A model generated the notes under the pieces. The model made no database searches. It was given only the letters and a program-made list of their open reading frames with translations, and was not told where the DNA came from. From Candidatus Bathyarchaeota archaeon (GTDB taxonomy: Archaea > Thermoproteota > Bathyarchaeia > Bathyarchaeales > Bathycorpusculaceae): a stretch of DNA of 64,000 nucleotides. The stretch is from positions 1,467,541 to 1,531,540 of the forward strand of contig CAWFFH010000003.1 of the NCBI GenBank assembly GCA_963815095.1. The letters run 5' to 3'. The position numbers were made by a program, and so were the translations under genes. How positions within the stretch are numbered: position 1 is the stretch's first letter; every line of letters starts with the position of its first letter. Of the stretch, positions 55,648 to 64,000 are shown piece after piece.

Positions 55648-56049
55648 TTGCCAGAAAATAAACCAACAACCAAAACCCTCTCTAAAAGACCTACAAAAAC
55701 CAAAAAACAAAATCAACGCCTGAACGCACCTTCGAAAAAACTTCCATATTTTGAAAAGTTAGATCCAGAAATTTATGCAAAACTGCAATCAACCGTCCGT
55801 GAAGTCATCGAAAAAATGTTGCCCGAGTACAAAGAATGGCTAAATTCTGCATTTGGCGAAAAAATCATAGACAACGATGGTTCAAATGGGTCCTTGCAAA
55901 ACATTGATAAGCTGGTGGTTTCGGCTGTCAACAATTTAATGACAACTGCATTGGATAAAGCTTTGAAGGAAAATGACGAGCAGCGGGGCATTATGGAAAA
56001 ATGGTTTAAAATGAAATTTTATGATGATGTTTCAGACATTACGACCTGA
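55648..56049 (+). CDS. core-less precursor-scaffold paralog, probably the N-terminal domain of the methyltransferase
   Basis: EKLDP.IYAKLQST.R....LPEY..W.NS and VV.AVN..M..A..KAL retained; no Cys; overlaps the next ORF in the +1 frame. Confidence 0.75.
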   Translation: MPENKPTTKTLSKRPTKTKKQNQRLNAPSKKLPYFEKLDPEIYAKLQSTVREVIEKMLPEYKEWLNSAFGEKIIDNDGSNGSLQNIDKLVVSAVNNLMTTALDKALKENDEQRGIMEKWFKMKFYDDVSDITT

Positions 56050-56752
56050 AAGCCGAACGTATTACAAATATTGTGTAGAAAATTTCGTTACTCAATTTTT
56101 TACGAAAGAAAAAATATCTGGAAAGAAAATTTTCGATTTTGGATGTGGCCCGGGGTACTTTTCCAAGATTTTAGCCCAACATGGAGCCCACATAACTGGA
56201 ATTGACAGAAGTGCATTTCTAATAGACAAAGCGAATGAACTTAAGCAAAGAATAGGACTTGAAAATGTAGAGTTTTTGGAGGGGGATTTTCTTGATTTTG
56301 CAAAAAATATGCCCTCGGAAAAGTTTGATTATATTGTAGCGATTGATACGATTGTGAGTTTTGACTATTGCAGACAAACGCATAATCATAAGGATTTCAC
56401 CCAGGTTTTAAGTGAGATTAGAAGAGTTCTGAAAGATGAGGGTAGATTTTTTGTTATTGAGGCGCATCCGTTTTTTGGTCAACTTGCGAAAGGAATAACT
56501 CTCTCGAAGGAAGGACGTTTTCATGGTCGTTTGCCTAATTATAAGATAGCGTATAAAGCTAAGGATAATCCTCATCATTGGTTTACCCTTGATGAAATGA
56601 CGAGCGCTCTTGACGAGAACTCTTTGGCTATTTGCAGGATTTATGAGCCTGATCCAAGTGTTGATTTAGAAAAGGAAAATCCTCATTTGTACAGGTTTTA
56701 CTTGAAGTATCCGCATTTGATTGTATATGAAATATGCAAAGTGAAAATCTAA
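56021..56752 (+). CDS. class I SAM-dependent methyltransferase
   Basis: IFDFGCGPG, GIDRS, FDYIV, RVLKDEG. Confidence 0.9.
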   Translation: MMMFQTLRPESRTYYKYCVENFVTQFFTKEKISGKKIFDFGCGPGYFSKILAQHGAHITGIDRSAFLIDKANELKQRIGLENVEFLEGDFLDFAKNMPSEKFDYIVAIDTIVSFDYCRQTHNHKDFTQVLSEIRRVLKDEGRFFVIEAHPFFGQLAKGITLSKEGRFHGRLPNYKIAYKAKDNPHHWFTLDEMTSALDENSLAICRIYEPDPSVDLEKENPHLYRFYLKYPHLIVYEICKVKI

Positions 56753-56895
56753 TTCTACTTATTGCATGCTAACGTATTTTTTTTCTGTCTTTGGGAGTTG
56801 TAGACGGTGAAAAGATTAAATTTTAATCCAAAAATGTTCTGTTTCTGGTAATATTTCAATAATGGAAACTTTGCTTTTTTAGTAGTTACTGATAA

Positions 56896-57138
56896 TTGTC
56901 ATTTCTGGGAATATTATTGGTAGGTCCAAAGCTACATAAGGGTTCGGTTAGGGGTCATTTGCCAGTTATAACTTGCAGTTGTGGCTATGAAATTCTTATC
57001 TTGCCCGATTTGAAGATTATGAGTCAAGTTATTGAAGAACATGTTTTGGACCACAAAAATAAAGGCGTTACCGATTCTGAGGCTGATGTTATTGAACTTG
57101 ACCTGATTGCCCAGATTTTTAGTAAGATTGCTGAATAA
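56896..57138 (+). CDS. small CxCG...HxxxH protein
   Basis: ITCSCGYEIL.LPD...IEEHVLDH. Confidence 0.7.
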   Translation: MSFLGILLVGPKLHKGSVRGHLPVITCSCGYEILILPDLKIMSQVIEEHVLDHKNKGVTDSEADVIELDLIAQIFSKIAE

Positions 57139-57221
57139 GAAGTTTAGTGCATCTGCCAAAATCTCAAATCCACTTTATATCCTTGGGGACCGGATTAACC
57201 CCCAAAAGGGGTCGGAACTAA

Positions 57222-57247
57222 TAGCGGGTTCGGAGGAATTTGAACCG
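57222..57247 (-). repeat. tRNA-3'-end-like remnant (att-like)
   Basis: Reverse complement CGGTTCAAATTCCTCCGAACCCGCTA contains a GGTTCAAAT T-loop. Confidence 0.5.
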
Positions 57248-57375
57248 AAATGGGGTAGGGTCCAATTCTTGGAAGTTGCAAATTGACTTTTAAGAATCTT
57301 CAAAAAATGGTGAAAAGTCTATCGATAAACGTTCTGATGATAAGATAAAAGCCGAAAGACCTCTCTTCCTATATG

Positions 57376-58282
57376 GGGCCCAAATTTTGGAAGACTTTGA
57401 GCATGCCCGATGACCACAAAGAGGGATTTGGAAAATGGAAAAAGGTCTCGGCTTTCTCTAAGCTTTCTTGGATGAATTTCCAGTCGGGGCGATTATGACT
57501 TGACCTTTAGTGACATCAAATGTTATGCTATGGTCACTTAGGAACTTGGAGATGGCACTGTTTACTTTTTGGAGGTAATGTTCTAAGCTTGCTTTGTATT
57601 GGTCGTTAGTTACGTTAGAAACTCCCTGTTTAATCTTACCTTGCAGAAACAGACTGCAGGTTTCGTTAATGCAATCAGATGCCTTTGCCTTGTCAGCTAA
57701 AAGCGTCTGGTTGTCAATTCTGGCGTACGCAGTTATTTTGGGATTGTTTTCTGGAGTTGAAAATTCAGGAGCGGCAAAAATCACTATCGCCGGTGGGCGG
57801 TTCACGTTAAAATTTGAGAGCACATTTGTTAAGTCAGGGGCCCCCATGCTCCATATGCCCACAAAAATATTATTTTCAGCCGTGACTCCTGCTTTGTATA
57901 GCTCTTCCTTAAGATCCGTGTAATCTTTCATCAATGCGGGCAGATAAAATACGTAAACTTTGCAGTTGCTCGGTACATCAGAGGCTAATTTCAGGTCTTT
58001 CACCGCTGCTTTAAAAAGTGTGCTTGGTCTAAAAAGTAGTTCCATCTTATCACACTCTATAATAAATTCTGGTTTTACTAAAAAGGCTTCCTAAAAGCGA
58101 AAATCTCACAGATAAGAGTACACTGCTTAGGCAAGGCCTTCCGCGGATTGGGTTATAGTAGGAAAGGCTTGATAGGTTTTAGCTTATCATCATAACTTAT
58201 AATGTGAGCAAAAAGTCAAAGAGGCAATGCCTAAACAACGTTTGGGCAATAGAGTCGTATACATTCAAAACCGTATCGCTTG
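57376..58282. repeat. ~0.9 kb direct repeat, copy 2
   Basis: Aligns with 39384-40292. Confidence 0.92.
57458..58045 (-). CDS. 195-aa hypothetical protein, copy 2
   Basis: Duplicate of 39469..40056. Confidence 0.85.
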   Translation of the reverse strand: MELLFRPSTLFKAAVKDLKLASDVPSNCKVYVFYLPALMKDYTDLKEELYKAGVTAENNIFVGIWSMGAPDLTNVLSNFNVNRPPAIVIFAAPEFSTPENNPKITAYARIDNQTLLADKAKASDCINETCSLFLQGKIKQGVSNVTNDQYKASLEHYLQKVNSAISKFLSDHSITFDVTKGQVIIAPTGNSSKKA

Positions 58283-58498
58283 AACAGAAGACTCAACGCG
58301 CATCTAAAGGCGCTAAAGTTCTGTGAAGTCTTCGTTTGCTTTGAGGTTCATGTGAAAAAACCGTTTTTGCTTTACTGAAAATATTAAAAGATAAGAATAA
58401 TGCGGAATTGGGGTAAGATTTTGAAAAATTATTTAATAATACTTCGCATTGTGCTTGGATAGACAGCCAAGAATTGAATATTAAATTTATTTTCAAAC

Positions 58499-61025
58499 TC
58501 ATTGCATCGCAATTTGGTAGTTTTCATTTCCCTTCTTGCTAAGCTCAGGAATGGTTATGATGAATTTTGCTCCTTTGCCAGGTTCTCCTTCTTCAGTTAT
58601 TGTCCAGCCGTAAACATCCATCATTTTCTTAATAAGATACAATCCAAGACCACTGCCTTTGCCAGTTGAAAAACCTGCTTCAAAAAGCTTTATTTTGCTC
58701 TCTTCAGATATGCCCACTCCGTTGTCTTCATAAAAAAGTTTCAAACCGTAAACGTTTTCAACGTAGCGGAGACAAATTTGTGTGAGTTTTTCGCCATGTT
58801 TAAGCGAGTTATCAATAAAGTTGTAGAACAGTTGTTTTAGAAGCGAATCAGCAATAACCTGTAGTCCTTGACATTCATTAACAACCTGTACATTCCCCAA
58901 ATTTTTCACAAGCGCTATGGCTTGGTTGAAGCTTTCAAAGACATTCTCCTTTGAGAGCTTTTCTGAGCCAATTTTCTCATAAAGACGACTGAACTCAAAA
59001 AGCCTGTCAGATGCAGCAAGCGCACAGTCAATGGCGTCAAAATATTTAGCCAATTCAGGATTATCACCTACTCGCCTCTTTAGCAAATACACATTTGATT
59101 TTGCTGTCATAAGCTTGTTACCAACATCATGCCTAGTTAAGCTTCCAACAACACGTAGCTTCTCATTAAGCAATTCAATTCTATTACGTTCCTCTTTTAA
59201 GTTTTCTTCGGCTTTTTTGCGTTCGGTTACATCTCTTGCTATACTAAGAATTGCTTGTTTTCCTTGAAAAGTTACCAGGCTTGAACTAATTTCTACAGGG
59301 ATTTTGCATCCGTCTTTTCGAGTATGCACAGTCTCAAAAACTTGTTTTTTAACAATAAGCAACCTCTCAATTAACTCACTTACATGCTCTCTGCTTAGAT
59401 TATTGTCAATCCCTGCGATACCTATTGAAAATAATTCTTCTTTTGAATAACCTAAGACCTCAACTGCGGCATTGTTAACTTCTAAAAAGTTGCCGCTAAA
59501 ATCAATAACCCATGCGGATTCAGCCATACTGTTAATCAAGTTTTTGTAATTTGCCTCACTTTCCCTCAATGCCCCTTCAGCCAGCTTTCGTTGGGTAATG
59601 TCTGAGCTGTAAATGTTTACATATCCTTCAGAGATAACTGGCGTGAAACTAAAAGAGAAAACGCTTTCATTTATTTTTTCTTCAGACTCTAATCTGCGCT
59701 TAGATTCTAAAACCTTAACGACTAGCTTTCGCCAATGTTCAGGCACAAAACCCCCAACATTAACCATCAAAGAGCTCAGGAGGCTTTTGGCAGAAGCATT
59801 AGCAAACAACAAAGTGCCTGTTTTGTCTATTCGAAATACTGCAAAGGGGTTTTCATTAGGAAACCTAGCTAAGCTTTTAATTTCTTGTTCTTTTTTCTTA
59901 CGTTCAGTTATTGGTACTGCCAATTCTAGTGCAGCGGTTATTTTGCCATTTGTGTCTTTGAGTGGCGTTACTCTTAACTCGACCCAGGTTATTTCGCCTT
60001 TAGAATTAACTGTTTGGTACTCATGAACATCAAGAGAAACGTTCTGGTTGAAAACTTTCTCTACGCCGCAGTCAGGACAAATTGCCCCTAAATTGTTGAA
60101 AGTCTCGTAGCATTTCTTGTTGGGTGCAACCCCCAAAGCCATCATACGTTTATTTGCCCAAACTACGCGATAATCCTTGCCAATAACAGCTAAACCAGCA
60201 TCAATGCCTTCCCCAACTCGTTCAAGAACATTAAATGTTCCTCTTAACTCTGCTTCCGCTTGCTTTCTTTGAGTAATGTCTTCTAATTCGGCAACAAAAA
60301 GAACTGGTTTACCCTCGTTGTCGCGTATTACACTAACTGTTGCTTTTCCGTCAATTATATTACAGTCTTTTCGAACATACCTTTTCTCTTGGCTAAAATA
60401 CAGAATGTTTCCACAAATGAGTTCTTTCATTTCTTCATTGCTGATTTCGACATCCTCTGAGTACGTTATGTCTTTAAAAGAAAGTGTTTGCAACTCATCC
60501 TCCGAGTAACCAACTATTCTGCAGAAAGCCTCATTTGCACTTCTAAAACGCATATTTGAATCAGATGTCGCAATCCCAAGAGGCGCATTACGAACAATTG
60601 CTTTTAGTTCTGCTTGGCTTTTCCTAAGTGACTCCTCAGCTTTTTTATGCCCAAAACTTGATAGAATACCATATGCGAGTTCTCCATACACTGTTTCAGG
60701 TGAGCCCTGCTTGTTATAGTATCCATTTGCTCCTAAGTTTAGGGCTTGTATGGCTACTTCTTCTCTGCCTTTCCCCGTAAACAAGATAAAGGGAATTTCA
60801 TTTTTGGATTCGCGGAGTTCTTTTAGAAATTGTAAACCGTTTTTCTGCGGCATCTCATAGTCAGAAACTACAACATCATAGTTTCCAGATGCCAATTTTT
60901 TAAAGCCATCATCCACACAACAAGCCAAATCAATCTCAAAGCCGCTGTTTAGATCCATGCAGCATTAGTTTTGTTATTTCTTTAATTGATTGGTCGTCGT
61001 CAACATGTAAAACATGAATCGGCAT
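58499..61025 (-). CDS. receiver-PAS(x4)-histidine kinase, +1 frameshift near 60960
   Basis: MPIHVLHVDDD upstream in another frame; VSDYEMP, PAS repeats, RHDVGN, DNG.G, GSGLGLY. Confidence 0.9.
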
Positions 61026-61074
61026 GTTTCCGTTGGAAGCTTTCAAACTAGCCAACTTGAACAGTGCTCCACGC

Positions 61075-61963
61075 TATTTTTTTGGTAAAAGTTCACTAAA
61101 ATCATAACTATCCCGCACACAACGCTATCAGCGCCGCCATAATAGAGTAAAAGTTGGTTATCCATCATGACTTGCCCACAGCTGAAAACTACATTTGGAA
61201 CCTGTCCAAAACGTTCATAGTCTTCTTCCGCTCAAAATTGGCTCTTTGGAACGATATAGAACTTGCTCGGGATTGTTCTTGTCAAGTAATAAAACGCCAA
61301 GGGAGTAAACCCTATCCACACTCACGCCATAATAGATGAAAAGCCATCCTTCATTCATCAGAATTGGAGGACCCGCAGCACCGACCTTCCAGGCATCCCA
61401 ATCGTTTGAACTTGGACCTAAAACAAACTTTAAACCATGCCAGTGTCGAAGGTCATGCGAACGAGCTATACAAATATCCGGTTCCAAACGGTGAAACATC
61501 ACATATTCTCCTTTTACCTTTTGAGGAAATATCACTGCATCTTTATTGAAAATTCCCGGAAAAGCCAGAAGCTTTTCGCCCAGTTCCATTTCCTATCAAC
61601 AAAATCATTAACATCGATAGAAGTTAACCCAATCTGATAGACTCTACGCTGAGAATGCATTCCAAAAGCAGTATACGCCAGAATTAATGAGCCATCTACC
61701 AAGGTCAAACGTGGATCTTCACATCCTTCATTCTCGCACAAACTTAATGGACTAAAAACTGGAATAGGCAATCGCTCATCTATATGATATCCAATCGAAG
61801 AGGAAGCTAAGCATATGCGAGAAATATTGTCTGCACCCATTGCACGATATAGAATGTGAACGCGATTGTCTTTGGCGAACGCAGCTGCATTGAAGACTTG
61901 ACGTGACTCCCATGAATGAGTACTTATGCCTTCAAGTATAGGATTATTCTGAAATCGTTTCAA
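61075..61963 (-). pseudogene. GH130-like glycosidase/phosphorylase, multiple frameshifts
   Basis: NPIL, VFNAAA, GCEDPR | NKDAVIFP, FHR, KVGAAGPP | NVVFSCG, YYGGAD. Confidence 0.85.
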
Positions 61964-62050
61964 CTCTGTTCATCAAACCCTTTTGCTTAGCAGATAAACT
62001 CGGGGTCCCTAACTCACTTGTGAAAGCCAACATAACATTTAGTGCCTCAA

Positions 62051-62331
62051 TTATGCGCTTTGCTTTTGGGTTTCTATGATTGGTAAAGCTTGAGTAAGTT
62101 CTCGGAAATAATTCCGCACCGTTCTGCCACGCTTTGTAATGCGAAAACTTATCCGTTCCTTTTCAATCATATGTTTTTCGGCCAGACCTTGTTTGATTAG
62201 AACGTCGATATATTCATTGAGTATATTGCAGTTGACGTTAGCTTTGTACATGATGTGCGTCAGCTTCAATGGTCCCTTGTTCGCTAACACGTTGAGGATG
62301 GCAACGTGCAATTAAAGTTTTGAACGTCTCA
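62051..62331 (-). pseudogene. winged-helix protein with an early in-frame stop
   Basis: TTG-RRSKL*-LHVAIL...LTHIMYKANVNC; TAA where Glu is expected. Confidence 0.7.
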
Positions 62332-62693
62332 ATTTCGTTTCACCAGTTTGCTAATTGCCCATTTTTTCTCTTCGGAAATAAACCCTATTTGGCTTTTCTT
62401 CTCAAGGGGTCTAAAGTACCTCAACACATTAGTTCCTTGTTGAGTCAACGAAAAAGTGGCATTTAATTTTTTGCCTTGGCTTGTTTTGTTGATTAAGCCA
62501 TGATTTAATAGAGTACCCAAATAGATCTCCATGTTATTATTGGAAATCCTTTTTTTGATAGCTAGTTCATTCAATGTTGATGGACTTCTTACGGATAACA
62601 TACCAAGCACGTTCACAAAGTTTCGAGTTTTGTTTGACTTTCAAGTTTAGGCGAGGGCGCGTTCTTTTCTCCAATATTATCTTGTGAAATCAT
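62329..62693 (-). pseudogene. winged-helix protein, frameshift near 62618
   Basis: ATG at 62693 after GGAG; QTKLET then VNVLGML...LTQQG..VLRYF in another frame. Confidence 0.6.
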
Positions 62694-62956
62694 GATTATT
62701 ATGTCTCCGAGTGTATGTGTGTACATCAATGATGCGGTTAAACGTGCTGTGACTGGGCAAACGCAAGCTTGGGTGACAAGTAGAAACTTATAAAAACTCG
62801 ATTCTCCAAAAAGTCTTTGCTAAAACGTTTCCTGTAAATCAAGAAACATTTTTTCCAGAAAGTTTTTTGATTCTGAGGAACCGTTTTTCAATTCATAAAT
62901 AATTATGAAGTCATTTATGTGATTTTGTGCAAATTAGTTTCATCAATTTTAAGTTT

Positions 62957-64000
62957 CTAATTGCGGAATAAATTGGAAAAGAAAGAACCAAGAGTTTCGC
63001 TACTGCAAAATAACCCGACTACTTTGCCATCGATGTTTTTATTGGAGTCCTTTTTGAGGCAATAGAAAAAAAGCTCTGTCTTGTCCACCTTCATCAGAAA
63101 AATGGGAATAGATAAACTTACATGCTCCACTTTGTAATTTACCCTGAGGTCTTTGACAAAACTTCGGTTTGAAGGTCCAATTGGAACCTTTATTAGAATT
63201 TTGACTCCATTTTCAGCCAAACCATCCAGTGCTTTGGCAAAATTTTTGTGAAAAGAGACTAAGCCTTCTTCCGTTGTTAAGATGAAGATTGAGGTTTTAA
63301 CTTTAGAGAGAATATCGCTTATTCTTTGTTTAATTTCCTGTTCGCTTCGAATATACCAAACATCTTCCTTTTGCAGATCAATTTGTAAAGGGTTCAACTG
63401 CTTTGCATGAATTGAATTCATAACAGCTATTGCGCTCTCAAACTCTATCAAAAGAGATGAACGCTCCGAGAGCTCACTTTTCCAATTTTGGACAATGATG
63501 AAGAAAGCTCCCTCCAGGTTAGCAACGGAAAACCTTTGTATCGCTCCCGGAACCTCATAAATAAGTCCCCTTCCTTTTAGCTTCTTTAGAACTTCATACA
63601 CTTTGGTTCTTGGAACCCCAGAGGTCATGCCAAGTTTTCTCACTTCAGAAGGTCCCGACAAAGTCAAAGACAAATAAATTTTGACTTCATAAATCGACAG
63701 CCCCGTGTTTCTGAGTAGGGTCTCCCATCTTGTAAACTGACGTCTATCAAGTTGAGCTTTAATTTGCTCCAGCAATTTTTGAGACTTGAAAGGCTTAACT
63801 ATGTAATTGTCAACTCCTAAATTCAAGGATCGAACGGCATTGTCCAATGAAGGATAACCCGTCATGACAATTAGTAGAGTCGTGGGCATTCTGTTTTTTA
63901 ATAATTCAATTAGTTCCGTTCCTTCCATATCTGGAAGTTTCATGTCAACGAGTGCAACGTCAAATGTTTGCATTTGACATTTCTTAATAGCAGCTTCCCC
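62957..64000 (-). CDS. response-regulator receiver fused to TrmB-family regulator (5' end beyond window)
   Basis: VDMKLPDM, MTG, YIVKP; GLSIYEVKIY...SGVPRTKVYEVL..L...GL. Confidence 0.88.
   Translation of the reverse strand, partial: GEAAIKKCQMQTFDVALVDMKLPDMEGTELIELLKNRMPTTLLIVMTGYPSLDNAVRSLNLGVDNYIVKPFKSQKLLEQIKAQLDRRQFTRWETLLRNTGLSIYEVKIYLSLTLSGPSEVRKLGMTSGVPRTKVYEVLKKLKGRGLIYEVPGAIQRFSVANLEGAFFIIVQNWKSELSERSSLLIEFESAIAVMNSIHAKQLNPLQIDLQKEDVWYIRSEQEIKQRISDILSKVKTSIFILTTEEGLVSFHKNFAKALDGLAENGVKILIKVPIGPSNRSFVKDLRVNYKVEHVSLSIPIFLMKVDKTELFFYCLKKDSNKNIDGKVVGLFCSSETLGSFFSNLFRN

Noticed and set aside
41844-57247. Complete tRNA genes
   Set aside because: Only degenerate 3' fragments; no D-arm or anticodon arm found

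Overview
Archaeal DNA, most consistent with Bathyarchaeia (Orc1/Cdc6, Lhr, many small winged-helix and zinc-finger proteins, GGAGGTGA-type SD sites). Bases 1-11 kb are intact housekeeping genes: LigB-like dioxygenase, cdc6-HTH-moaC-moaB-moaA, TPR protein, phosphoesterase, HAD hydrolase, APC permease and lhr. Bases 11-22 kb encode secreted or membrane proteins, including a large Tat-exported multicopper oxidase. Bases 22-64 kb form a patchy, partly decayed accessory region with an integrase relic, tRNA-3'-end-like remnants, three toxin-antitoxin pairs, an ABC-GNAT relic, small stress-family proteins and a ~0.9 kb direct repeat 18 kb apart. The main candidate novel system is a putative archaeal RiPP cluster at 51.3-56.8 kb. 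It contains a radical SAM/SPASM enzyme, a B12-dependent radical SAM enzyme and two precursor-like proteins with a repeated Cys-rich core (CPTELCSACxNQ) between conserved leader and follower helices. A third, core-less copy of that scaffold appears to be fused, across a frameshift, to a class I methyltransferase. A second notable signal is an 18-bp motif (TG-N7-ACARTCACA) 3-4 nt upstream of TATA-like boxes at about seven promoters. All family calls come from motif recognition by eye; no searches were run.
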